64,000 bases of DNA from assembly GCA_036397455.1 (NCBI GenBank), contig DASWIX010000079.1:196037-260036 (forward strand). The letters run 5' to 3'. Source of the DNA: Gemmatimonadales bacterium (GTDB lineage Bacteria > Gemmatimonadota > Gemmatimonadetes > Gemmatimonadales > GWC2-71-9). Under the pieces are notes generated by a model. It had not been told where the DNA came from, made no database searches, and worked only from the letters and a program-made list of their open reading frames with translations. Below, piece after piece: positions 52,109 through 61,932 of the stretch. Positions within the stretch are counted from its first letter, which is position 1, and each line of letters opens with the position of its first letter. Both the position numbers and the translations under genes were made by a program.

Positions 52109-52906
52109 TTGCACTTGCCGGCCAATCTCAGGAAGACCTACGAGCAATCGAGCATCCACGACGGATGGGAATCGGTCTACCGCGGTAACCCCCGGCAAGA
52201 TCGGCTCAACGACGCCCTCATGGACCGCATTGTCGCCGAGGTGGGCGCACCGCCCGATGGCCTGTTCCTTGACGCGGGGTGCGGCGTGGGCGACCAGGCC
52301 ATCCGCATCGCCAAACGCGGCTACCGCTGCATGGGCGTCGACATCTCCTCCACGATCCTCGCCGACGCCCGGCGCCGCGTCGATGAGCTGCACCTCGACG
52401 ATCGCGTGTCGTTCTCCTGCCAGGGCCTGGAAGATCTCGGGTTCGACGCGGTGTTCGACGCGGTGCACTGCCGCGGCGTGCTGATGCACATCCCCGACTG
52501 GGAACGCGCCCTCGCGTCGCTCTGCCGCGCGGTGAAACCGGGCGGCGCCCTGGTCATCGTGGAAACCAATACCCAAGGCCTCGAGCTGGCCCTGGTGAAG
52601 TTGGTGCGCACCGTACAGCACCGGAAATCGGAAATGCGGGAAACACCGGGCGGCGTGGAGTTCTGGTCCACCCACAACGACGAACCGTTCGTCGTGCGCG
52701 TGACTCGCCAGAGCCGCATCGTCGAGCTGATGCGCGACAACGGCGTACGCGCCGAACGCCGCCTCCCCACCGAGTTCATCGATCCCCACCGCTTCGGTGG
52801 CGGGTTCCTGCGGAATACGATGATCCAAGTCAACAGGCTCTACCTTGGCCTGGGACTCCCGGCCCGCTTCACCTCCAGCAACCTGGTCATCGGCCGCAAG
52901 GCATAG
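52109..52906 (+). CDS. Class I SAM-dependent methyltransferase
   Basis: Motif I LFLDAGCGVGDQAIRIAKRG. Post-I MGVDIS. Also FDAVHCRGVLMHIPD and VKPGGALVIVE. TTG start at 52109, 170 nt after the FAAL stop. Confidence 0.8.
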   Translation: MHLPANLRKTYEQSSIHDGWESVYRGNPRQDRLNDALMDRIVAEVGAPPDGLFLDAGCGVGDQAIRIAKRGYRCMGVDISSTILADARRRVDELHLDDRVSFSCQGLEDLGFDAVFDAVHCRGVLMHIPDWERALASLCRAVKPGGALVIVETNTQGLELALVKLVRTVQHRKSEMRETPGGVEFWSTHNDEPFVVRVTRQSRIVELMRDNGVRAERRLPTEFIDPHRFGGGFLRNTMIQVNRLYLGLGLPARFTSSNLVIGRKA

Positions 52907-53196
52907 CCACCGTCGTGACCGTCCCGCCGCCGGTCGCTCCTCCTCCGCGGTCTTCGTGGCTCCGCGTGAGCAAACCGTCCCGCACTCCCGACCATACGCA
53001 GTACCTGGCGGAGGAGCACAACCATTCGGTTGCTGATGTCGTATGGTGACGCCGACGACGTTTGAAGCTCCGATTCACCCGCTCGAAATCCCGAAGACCC
53101 CCCATGGCCGCCTCGTCCCCGGTGCCGATTACTCGGCTGGGGCGGAGGTGCGGGCGGAGCGTTCGGTGGGGGAGCGGTGAGCTGAGCAGGGGGGAG

Positions 53197-56100
53197 CTAC
53201 CCGAGTACGACGTGGATCCGGTGTTCGAGACCGTCGTCGGACAGCGGCACGAGTGTGCCCACCGACAGGGGGATCCCGTCGAGACTGATGCTGGACACCC
53301 CGCGACAGACGCCATGCGGATTCTCGACCGCAATCCGATGGACCGTGCGGCCATGACGGTAGACGATCTCGAAGCTCCGCCACGCGCGCGGGATGCACGG
53401 ATCGATGGCGAGCGTTGAGCCGCGCTTGCGGAAGCCGAGGATGGATTCGAGCCCCGCCCGGTAGAGCCACCCCGCCGCACCGGTGTACCAGGTCCAGCCG
53501 CCCCGCCCGACGTGCTCGGGCGCGGAGTAGATGTCTGCGGCGACCACGTAGGGCTCCACCTTGTATCGGTGGGCGCTTGCGCGACGGCTTGCATGATGAA
53601 TGGGATTGAGCAGGCCGAAGAGATTGAAGCTCGTGTCGCCCTCGCCCAACTGCGCCCAGGCGATGACCGACCAGACGGCGGCGTGGGTGTACTGCCCGCC
53701 GTTCTCCCGGATACCGGGCAGGTATCCCTTGATGTAGCCGGGATCCTGCGCCGTGTCGTCGAACGGTGGGGAGAGCAGCAGCACCAGCCGGTCGTCCTGC
53801 CGGACGAGCCGCCGGTTCACCGATTCCATGGCCTGGCGCGCGCGGTCCGGGTCACCCACGCCGGACAGCACCGCCCAGGACTGGGCGATCGAGTCGATCT
53901 GGCACTCGTCGTTCTGCGCCGATCCGAGCGGCGTGCCGTCGTCGCAGAAGGCCCGCTTGTACCATGCCCCGTCCCAGCCTTCCTGCTCCAGCGCCGTCCG
54001 CAGGGCCGTGGCCGCCTGCCGCCAACGCGCCGCGCGTGCTGCTTCCGCGCGGCCATCCGCGAGTCCGGCAAACGCGGTCAGATTCGCGTGGAGAAACCAG
54101 CCCAGCCACACGCTTTCGCCGCGACCCTCCCGGCCGACGCGGTTCATCCCGTCGTTCCAGTCGCCCGCGCCGATCAAGGGGAGTCCATGAGTGCCCACGT
54201 CGAGACTTCGGTCGAGTGCCCGCGCGCAATGCTCGAACAGGGTCGCGCGGTCCTCGGAGACCCGGGGCTCGAAGTAGGATTCCTGCTCGTGCGCCGCGAG
54301 GGTCGGACCGCGCAGCCAGGGGAGCGTTTCGTCGAGCACGCTCCGGTCCCCCGTCACCGACATGTACTGCCCCACCGCGTACGGCAGCCACAGGAGGTCG
54401 TCGGAGATCCGCGTCCGTACCCCCCGGCCGGTGGGGGGATGCCACCAATGCTGGACGTCTCCCTCCGGGAACTGCCGGGCGGCCGCCCGCAGGATGTGCG
54501 CGCGCGCAATGTCGGGTCGCGCCACCGTCAGCGCGATGACATCCTGGAGCTGGTCGCGGAAGCCATAGGCCCCGCCGGACTGGTAGAAGGCGGAGCGGGA
54601 CCACAGGCGACAGGAGAGCGTCTGATAGAGCAGCCAGCGATTGAGCAGCAGATCCATCGCCGCGTCCGGCGTCCGGACCTGCACCGTGCCGAGCACGGCG
54701 TCCCAGCCCTCCTGGACCTGCCGAAGCAGCGCGTCGCAATCCTCCCGGCGAAAGCGCTCGATCAGCGCGCGCGCCTGGGCGGGACTCTCTTCCTGTCCGA
54801 GCAGGAACAGCACGTCGGCGCGCTGCCCGGGCCGCAGCTCCACTTCCGTCTGCAGCGCGGCACAGGGGTCCAGGGTGGCGCCGGTCTTTCCCGAGAGCTG
54901 AGCGCCCCGCTCGAGCGAGGCGGGGTGGTCGAGGCTCGCATTCCGGCCCAGAAACTCCAGGCGGTCACAGGTCCAGGACGTGGGGCGCCTCCCCAGGTCA
55001 GCGAAGGCGACTCGACTCGCGAACACGCCGTTCCAGGCGTTGCGCGCGAACGTCGCGCCCGTGTCGTCATCGATCTCGGTGACCACGTACGGCGCGGCGT
55101 CGCTGCGCGTGACGCCCAGCACCCACTCCACATAGGCCGTGACCGACAGGCGACGGCTGCGACCGGACCGATTCACGAGCGTGAGGCGCGACACCTTGAC
55201 CGGAGCGTCCGGCGCCACGAACTGCACCAGGTCCAGGGCGATGCCGTGCGACGAGTGCTCGAAGCGACTGTATCCCTGACCGTGCCGGACGACATAGGGC
55301 GGGCCTTCCTCGCGGATCGGCAGACAGGTGGGCCCCCAGATCAGGCCGCTGTCCAGATCGCGTACGTAAAACGTCTCGCCCGGCGTGTCGCTGACCGGGT
55401 CGTTCGACCACGGTGTCAGCCGGTTCTCCCGGCTGTTGACGGACCAGGTGTAGCCGGAGCCCGATTCCGACACCTGGAATCCGAAATCCGGATTCGCCAC
55501 GACGTTGATCCAGGGTGCCGGGGTCCACTGTCCCCGGCCCAGCACGGTGACATACTCGCGTCCGTCCCGCGAGAATCCTCCCAAGCCGTTGAAGTAGTCG
55601 AGATCGAGGGTCGGGGGGGACCCCGGGTCCGCGTCCTCGCGCGGCGCGCGGACCGGGCGCGGCACCGGGCCCGGCCGCGAGCGGTCCACACGAATCACCT
55701 GCTCGGATAGGGTGCCCTTGCCCGCCACAATCACCACGCGCGCCGCCGAACGCAGCAGGACCAGGTCCTCGGGAGGCAGCAGGTCCTCCCGCAGCACGAA
55801 GGCGCTCCCGCGTACCCCGTCCCCGCCGGTACTGAGCACGGACTGCGTCGCCCGCACCATGCCTTCAAAGGCGTTCTGGAGATCCTGAGCGTAGGAGGCG
55901 CCCTTCGCATTCAGGATCACCAGGTCGCAGGGAATGCCCTTGAGGTGCCAGTACTCGTGCGCCCGGAGGAGCTGTCTCGCGACGGTCCGTTCCTCGTCAC
56001 GCTCCACCCGCACGACGGCGATCGGGAGATCACCGGAGATGCCGTGGGCCCAGAGGCCGGACGCCCCCCGACGATTGGCGGCCAGCTCCGCGGGATGGGT

Positions 56101-59100
56101 GCGCAACGTGCGATCGCTGTAGAGCAGACGATTGGCCAGGCGCTGGAAGAGATGCGCCTCGTCCTGCGTGATCTGGAGGTGATGCAGCTGGACCTGGGCG
56201 TACATCCAGGCCAGGGCGCTCTCCCGCTCGAACGTGTCCGACTGGCGGTACTTCTCCGCGATCTCGAGGGCTGCCTCGCGCGACGGCGCCACCAGCGTCG
56301 TGAAGACGAGACGAATCGTCCCGCCGGCCGGGATCGCCACGCGGTACCGGAGACTCACGATGGGGTCCAGCACCGTCCCCACGGTGTTCGTAAGGGGCCG
56401 GTCCTCGATCACCGAGACCGGTGTCCGCACGCCCCGGCCCCGGCCCAGAAAGCGGGCGCGGTCGCTCTCGTACTGACAGGTGCCGACACGCTCGCCTTCG
56501 ATCGCGGCGACGTGCGCCAGCCACGGCTGTTGTTCCTCGGCGGAGCGCGGGCGTCGGGTCGCCAGCAGGGTCTCCAGCTCGGGAACGAATTCGGTTTCCA
56601 CGAAGAGGTTCGAAAAGGCAGGATGCGCCTCGTCCGCGGCCTGCGGCGCCAGGGCGACTTCCGCATAGCTCGTGAAATCGATCGTCCGATCACGGGCTTC
56701 GAGGTTGGTCACGGTCAATTGGCGCAGCTCGGCGTCGTCTTCGGGGGAGACCACGATCTCGAGCGTGACGGCCAGGGACCGGTCGCGCTGCATGATCTTG
56801 GCCCGGTCCTCGGCATACACCACGTTGTACCGGTCCGTCTCGGTGCCGCTGGGCTGGAACCCGGCCGACCAGACGTCGCCGGTCTTCGCGTCCCGCAGGA
56901 ACACGAAGGTGCCCCAGCAGTCCCGGGTCGTGTCCTCACGCCACCGGGTGACGGCGAGGTTGCGCCACCGGCTGAAGCCGGCCCCCGCCGCCGTCACCAT
57001 GACGTGGTACCGGCCGTTCGAGAGGAGATGGGTGCGCGGCGGGATGTCGTGCGGCGACTCGAACCGTCGCAGGGTCGGGGGCACGAGGTCACGAACGTGG
57101 GCCGCCTGGACTTCCTCGCCGCGTGGTCGCGTCACGGCGACCGCGCGAGGTGTACGCTCCTGCAGCAACAGTTCCGCCGCCTGGATCATCGGGTGCGCGT
57201 GAAAGCGTCGCTGGGTGCGGCCGCCGTGCACGACGTTGCCGAGGGAGACGATCGTCATCCCCTGGTGGTGCGCCATGTAGGCCCGGATCACCGCGACCCG
57301 TTCATCTTCGGGCAGTCGCGTCGGCGTGAAGTCCAGCGCCTCGTAGAGCCCGTAGGCGCCGCGTGCCCCGGCGGCGCGGAGGCGGGCGAGGTTGATGACG
57401 GCGGCTTTGGGGTCCAGCATGGCCGCGAGCGCGGTGGCGTAGGGAGCCACCACCACGTCCTCGAAGAGCCCGCGCTTGAGGCCCAGGCCGGGCACGCCGA
57501 AATCCGAGTACTGATACGTGAGGTGGACATCGCGGACGTTGTAGGCGGACTCCGACACGCCCCAGGGAACTCCGCGCTCGGCTCCATAGCGTACCTGGCG
57601 ACCCACCACGAGCCGGCAGGTGAGATCCAGCAGGCCGCCCGTGGGCTGCCGCATCACCAGCAGCGGCATCAGGTATTCGAACATCGATCCCGACCAGGAC
57701 ACCAGCGCCGCCCCGCGCCCCACCGGCGTGAGGGACCGGCCGAGCAGGAACCAGTGGCGTGGCGAGACATCGCCCTTGGCGATGGCAAAGAAACTCGCCA
57801 GCCGCGCCTCCGAGGCCAGCAGGTCATAGCAACTGGGGTCGAGGGTGTTGTCGGCCATCCGGAAGCCGATCGCAAACAGCTTGCGCGAGGAATCGAAGAG
57901 GAATCGGAAATCCATGGCCTGGGCCATCTGCTCGGCCCGGAGGGCGACGGCCGCGAGGCGATGCTCGAGCGTCGTCGTCCCAACCGCCGCCCCGTCCTCG
58001 GCCTGGAGCATCGCCTGGTCTCGCGCGTGACTCCGGACAGTGTCCCGGACGGCGGTTGCCCAGGCCAGGACTTCCGGGCCGGATTCGTGCTCCGCGGGGT
58101 GTGACAGCGTGCGGACGATGTCCAGCAGGTTCTCCGCACGACCTTCCATCTGCGCGAGGCGGGATCCCCATTCGGGCGTCGAGGAAGGGGGGGCCTCCAG
58201 CCCAGCCGCCATCGCGTCCAGGGCCTCCCGCACCTGCGCCTCCGTGACCATCTCGCTGCGCGTGCCGACCTGCGATCGCTCGACCGCATCGCGCACCGGA
58301 TCGAGCGCATCGCGGATCCCATCCAGGACCCGGGATCCCCACAGCGGCTCCCGGGCGAGCTGGCGGCATCCCTGCGCCAGGGCGATGAGATGACCCGCGA
58401 GATTCCCGCCGTCCACGGTGGAGATGTAGAGCGGCTCCAGCGGCCGGAGGTCCCGGGTGTCGTACCAGTTGAAGAAGTGACCATGGAACCGACGCAGGGC
58501 GGTCATCGTCTTCAGCGTGGCTTCGAGCCGCTGCAGCATGTCCGCGGTCCCGATCCACCCGAAGTCGCGGGCGACCATGGTACTCAGGAGGTACAGCCCC
58601 ATGTTGGTGGGTGAGGTGCGGTGGGCGACCGTCGGCTCGGGATCCTCCTGGAAGTTGTCGGGTGGGAGGTCGTGCTCCTCCTCGGTCACGAAGGTCTCGA
58701 AGAACCGCCAGGTGTGCCGGGCGATGCGCCGCAACGCGCGCGTCTCCGCGGGCGACAGGCGTCGTCGTTCGTCGAACGGCCGCGGGACACTCAGCCGCCA
58801 CGCCAGGAGGGGCGCCAGGCCCCAGAGGGCGATCAGCGGTGCCGCCACCGGCCACGCCCCCGGCCTGATCGCGACGACCCCGGCGCCGATGCCCGCGGTG
58901 AGCACGAGGCTCCACCGAAAGTGCCAGTAGAAGGCACGCAGCGTCAGATCCACGCCGTATCCGGCCTGCGCGGCGGGGACCCACTCGAGCAGATGTCGCC
59001 TGGTGACGTACAGTCGTCCGAGTGTACGCACGACGGCATCCGCCATGAGCTGGGCCCGCTGCGCCAGCGTCGCGACGGCCAGCAGCACCTGCAGCCACGC

Positions 59101-61932
59101 GAACTGGAGATCCCGCCCCGTGGCCCCCAGGTGATTCCGCTTGGAGAATCCGTGCCGCCGCGGGATCACGCCCTGGAGCGCCGGCAGAAACGCAGGGAAG
59201 GCGATGGTGACAAGGACCAGCCCCGTCCAGATCGCCGGCAGCACGGCGGGCAGCGTCCACGCGGCGGCCATCAGCAGGAACGACGACGGCGCGGAGAGGC
59301 TGCGCCGGAGGTTGTCCAGCATCTTCCATTTGCCGTGCACGGGGATCGGCGCCCGGCGCCCCGTCCGAGGCTCCCTGGGGGCGTGGCCCAGGATCCAGGG
59401 GAGGAGCTGCCAGTCGCCCCGCACCCATCGGTGGCTCTGCCGGACACCCACTTCGTAATTGCTGGGGAACTCCTCGAACAGGTCGATATCGGTGACGAGT
59501 CCGGCGCGGGCGAACAGGCCCTCGAAGAGGTCGTGACTCAGCAGCGCGTTGTCCGGCACCCGTCCCGCCAGCGCGGCCTCGAAGGCGGTGACGTCGTAGA
59601 TCCCCTTGCCCGTGTAGGACCCCTCGCCGAACAGGTCCTGATAGACGTCGGAGACCGCGGCCGCGTACGGGTCCACGCCTCCCGGCCCCGATACGATCCG
59701 CTGGTAGATCGTGCTTCCGGGTCCCGTCGGCAGGGACGGGGTGATCCGTGGCTGGAGGATCCCGTATCCCGCGACCACCCGGCCCACCGCGGCGTCGAAG
59801 CGCGGGCGATTCAGCGGGTGGGCCATGGCCCCGACGAGGCGGGAGGCGGCTCGCCCGGGAAGTCGGGTGTCGGCATCCAGGGTGATCACGTACCGCACCC
59901 CGTCGGGCACCGTCGGCGGTTGGCCCCCGACCGGAATGAACGTGGTATCGGTCGCTCCGCGCAGCAGCCGATTCAGCTCGTGCAGTTTCCCGCGCTTGCG
60001 TTCCCATCCCATCCACCGGCCCTCGGATCCGTTCCAGAGGCGCCGCCGATGCAGCAGGACGAACCGGTCCCCGCCGTCCTGCAGACGTCCGTATCGGGCG
60101 TTGAGCCCCGCGATGCCCTCGGCCAGCTCCGCGAGCAGCTCCTCGTCGCCCGGCATGTGTTCGTGGGCGGCGTCCTTCCAGTCGGTGAGCAGGGCGAAAT
60201 GGAGATGGCCCCCGGGATTCGCCAGGTAGTGCACGTGGAGCCGCTCGATGGACTCTTCGATGCCCTCGTGGCTGGTGAGCAGCCATGGAACGACGACCAT
60301 GGTACGCATGTCGGCCGGCACGCCGCGCGCGAGATCGAGCTTGCAGAGCAGCCGGGGGGGAACGACCACCGTGACCAGACGATGGACCAGGGCCACGGCG
60401 GTATCGGAGGCGGGGACCAGGGCGAGAATGCCCAGCAGCACGAGGATCGGTGCGCCGACGCCCGCGCTCCAGGTCACGAACAGCGGGGCAGCGAGCAGGA
60501 GCGCCGTGAGACCGGCGATCAGCCCGAAATAGCCGGCGGTGGCATGGGCGCGCCACGCGCGTCGCGTGCGGACGCGCAGCGAGGGCCGATAGGTCAGCCG
60601 AGCTTCGAACGCCCGCCGGCCGGCCGACACCAGGTAGTATCCCGGGTCCTCCTCGCGGCGCTCCGGAACGGCGGGGGCGGCGGGGGCGGCGGGGGCGGCG
60701 GTCAGTGCGTCCGAGGGAGCGCGCGCCGTGGTGGCACTCGTGGGCGGCACGGCGCGCTCGCGTTCGAGCCGAGCCGTGCCGGCCTGCGCCACGGCTTCGC
60801 GTGCCACGTCCAGCTCCGACCACGTGGACCCCCGGGACAGCTCTTCGACCGCGGTCCGGTACTTGTCGCGCGTGCCGAAATCCATGGCGCCGAACCCCGG
60901 AACCGCGCGGAAGATCTCGTCCACCAGGCTCACGGCCTCGAAGAACTCGGGCCAGCTGATGGAGGACATCCACCGCATGCTGGTGATGATGTTCCGGACC
61001 GAGATGTTCGCCGCGGCCTGCGCCTGATGGACGTGCGCCACCATTTCGCCGGGGGAGGTCCCCCCGGCGGCCAGGGTCTCGTTCAGCCAGTCGAGAGCCG
61101 GGGTGACGGACTGCGGCTGGTCGCGGAGGCGCTGCAGCAGCTGGACGGCGAACGAGCTGGACAGGGGAGCCGTCGCAAGACCGCCCAACACCTCGTCGAC
61201 GCGCTCCGGCGGCCGGCCACTGAGGCCCAGCAGGCGATCCGCCACCTCGTCGGCGCGTGCGCGCCCCTGGCGGGCGCGGATGACCAGGTCCGACAGCCGG
61301 CGCAGGTTCTCCAGGAGGGCGACGCGCAGGTGGATCGCGACCGCCCAGAGTTCGCCGATGCCGAGCGGCTGGACGTGCTGGTACGCCCGGACGAATGCCT
61401 TCAGCGTCTCGAGATCGAAGCGACTGTCGGTGTGGGCCACGTAGGCCCATGCCAACCCATAGACGCGCGGATACCCGCCGAGGTGATGGCCCTCGGCGAT
61501 CTTCGGCAGGAGGCGGTAAAAGCTGAGGGGGAGGTGGTCCCGCACCTCCCGGAGCTGCCCGTCCACGACGTGAAAGTTGTCGAGGATCCACTCCTCGGCC
61601 GGCGTGATGTGTTCCTTCTGGCGCACCGCCTCGATGATGTTCCGGTACCCCGCGAGCAGCACCTTCCCGTTCTCGTGGACACGGGGGAGGAGGCGGCGTT
61701 CCCGGGCGTGCCTGTCGGCGGTGGGCTGAGCCGCGGCGAGGCTCTCGGCGTGCTGCGCGAGGCGCTCGATGCCGAATACTTCGGCACGGATCGGCTGCTC
61801 GACGTCAGCGAGGGCCGTGACTGCCGCGCTGCGGGTGTTCACTCCGTGGTCCGCGCCCGGAGGCCCGACCGGGCGCCAAAGCCACCCCGATGGGTCTGTC
61901 GTCTGGTGGGAAGTGAAGGCATGGTCGGCCAC
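53197..61932 (-). CDS. cgs: Cyclic beta-1,2-glucan synthase (NdvB/ChvB/Cgs-type; GT84 plus GH94-like domains)
   Basis: 2911 aa. The size and architecture fit Cgs. The N-terminal region has TM segments and the GT-A motif YVITLDADTRLP. The middle and C-terminal GH94 (cellobiose/cellodextrin phosphorylase-like) modules carry YGFRDQLQD, GGQYTHAAVW and GGWTWYTGAAGW. Confidence 0.92.
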   Translation of the reverse strand: MADHAFTSHQTTDPSGWLWRPVGPPGADHGVNTRSAAVTALADVEQPIRAEVFGIERLAQHAESLAAAQPTADRHARERRLLPRVHENGKVLLAGYRNIIEAVRQKEHITPAEEWILDNFHVVDGQLREVRDHLPLSFYRLLPKIAEGHHLGGYPRVYGLAWAYVAHTDSRFDLETLKAFVRAYQHVQPLGIGELWAVAIHLRVALLENLRRLSDLVIRARQGRARADEVADRLLGLSGRPPERVDEVLGGLATAPLSSSFAVQLLQRLRDQPQSVTPALDWLNETLAAGGTSPGEMVAHVHQAQAAANISVRNIITSMRWMSSISWPEFFEAVSLVDEIFRAVPGFGAMDFGTRDKYRTAVEELSRGSTWSELDVAREAVAQAGTARLERERAVPPTSATTARAPSDALTAAPAAPAAPAVPERREEDPGYYLVSAGRRAFEARLTYRPSLRVRTRRAWRAHATAGYFGLIAGLTALLLAAPLFVTWSAGVGAPILVLLGILALVPASDTAVALVHRLVTVVVPPRLLCKLDLARGVPADMRTMVVVPWLLTSHEGIEESIERLHVHYLANPGGHLHFALLTDWKDAAHEHMPGDEELLAELAEGIAGLNARYGRLQDGGDRFVLLHRRRLWNGSEGRWMGWERKRGKLHELNRLLRGATDTTFIPVGGQPPTVPDGVRYVITLDADTRLPGRAASRLVGAMAHPLNRPRFDAAVGRVVAGYGILQPRITPSLPTGPGSTIYQRIVSGPGGVDPYAAAVSDVYQDLFGEGSYTGKGIYDVTAFEAALAGRVPDNALLSHDLFEGLFARAGLVTDIDLFEEFPSNYEVGVRQSHRWVRGDWQLLPWILGHAPREPRTGRRAPIPVHGKWKMLDNLRRSLSAPSSFLLMAAAWTLPAVLPAIWTGLVLVTIAFPAFLPALQGVIPRRHGFSKRNHLGATGRDLQFAWLQVLLAVATLAQRAQLMADAVVRTLGRLYVTRRHLLEWVPAAQAGYGVDLTLRAFYWHFRWSLVLTAGIGAGVVAIRPGAWPVAAPLIALWGLAPLLAWRLSVPRPFDERRRLSPAETRALRRIARHTWRFFETFVTEEEHDLPPDNFQEDPEPTVAHRTSPTNMGLYLLSTMVARDFGWIGTADMLQRLEATLKTMTALRRFHGHFFNWYDTRDLRPLEPLYISTVDGGNLAGHLIALAQGCRQLAREPLWGSRVLDGIRDALDPVRDAVERSQVGTRSEMVTEAQVREALDAMAAGLEAPPSSTPEWGSRLAQMEGRAENLLDIVRTLSHPAEHESGPEVLAWATAVRDTVRSHARDQAMLQAEDGAAVGTTTLEHRLAAVALRAEQMAQAMDFRFLFDSSRKLFAIGFRMADNTLDPSCYDLLASEARLASFFAIAKGDVSPRHWFLLGRSLTPVGRGAALVSWSGSMFEYLMPLLVMRQPTGGLLDLTCRLVVGRQVRYGAERGVPWGVSESAYNVRDVHLTYQYSDFGVPGLGLKRGLFEDVVVAPYATALAAMLDPKAAVINLARLRAAGARGAYGLYEALDFTPTRLPEDERVAVIRAYMAHHQGMTIVSLGNVVHGGRTQRRFHAHPMIQAAELLLQERTPRAVAVTRPRGEEVQAAHVRDLVPPTLRRFESPHDIPPRTHLLSNGRYHVMVTAAGAGFSRWRNLAVTRWREDTTRDCWGTFVFLRDAKTGDVWSAGFQPSGTETDRYNVVYAEDRAKIMQRDRSLAVTLEIVVSPEDDAELRQLTVTNLEARDRTIDFTSYAEVALAPQAADEAHPAFSNLFVETEFVPELETLLATRRPRSAEEQQPWLAHVAAIEGERVGTCQYESDRARFLGRGRGVRTPVSVIEDRPLTNTVGTVLDPIVSLRYRVAIPAGGTIRLVFTTLVAPSREAALEIAEKYRQSDTFERESALAWMYAQVQLHHLQITQDEAHLFQRLANRLLYSDRTLRTHPAELAANRRGASGLWAHGISGDLPIAVVRVERDEERTVARQLLRAHEYWHLKGIPCDLVILNAKGASYAQDLQNAFEGMVRATQSVLSTGGDGVRGSAFVLREDLLPPEDLVLLRSAARVVIVAGKGTLSEQVIRVDRSRPGPVPRPVRAPREDADPGSPPTLDLDYFNGLGGFSRDGREYVTVLGRGQWTPAPWINVVANPDFGFQVSESGSGYTWSVNSRENRLTPWSNDPVSDTPGETFYVRDLDSGLIWGPTCLPIREEGPPYVVRHGQGYSRFEHSSHGIALDLVQFVAPDAPVKVSRLTLVNRSGRSRRLSVTAYVEWVLGVTRSDAAPYVVTEIDDDTGATFARNAWNGVFASRVAFADLGRRPTSWTCDRLEFLGRNASLDHPASLERGAQLSGKTGATLDPCAALQTEVELRPGQRADVLFLLGQEESPAQARALIERFRREDCDALLRQVQEGWDAVLGTVQVRTPDAAMDLLLNRWLLYQTLSCRLWSRSAFYQSGGAYGFRDQLQDVIALTVARPDIARAHILRAAARQFPEGDVQHWWHPPTGRGVRTRISDDLLWLPYAVGQYMSVTGDRSVLDETLPWLRGPTLAAHEQESYFEPRVSEDRATLFEHCARALDRSLDVGTHGLPLIGAGDWNDGMNRVGREGRGESVWLGWFLHANLTAFAGLADGRAEAARAARWRQAATALRTALEQEGWDGAWYKRAFCDDGTPLGSAQNDECQIDSIAQSWAVLSGVGDPDRARQAMESVNRRLVRQDDRLVLLLSPPFDDTAQDPGYIKGYLPGIRENGGQYTHAAVWSVIAWAQLGEGDTSFNLFGLLNPIHHASRRASAHRYKVEPYVVAADIYSAPEHVGRGGWTWYTGAAGWLYRAGLESILGFRKRGSTLAIDPCIPRAWRSFEIVYRHGRTVHRIAVENPHGVCRGVSSISLDGIPLSVGTLVPLSDDGLEHRIHVVLG

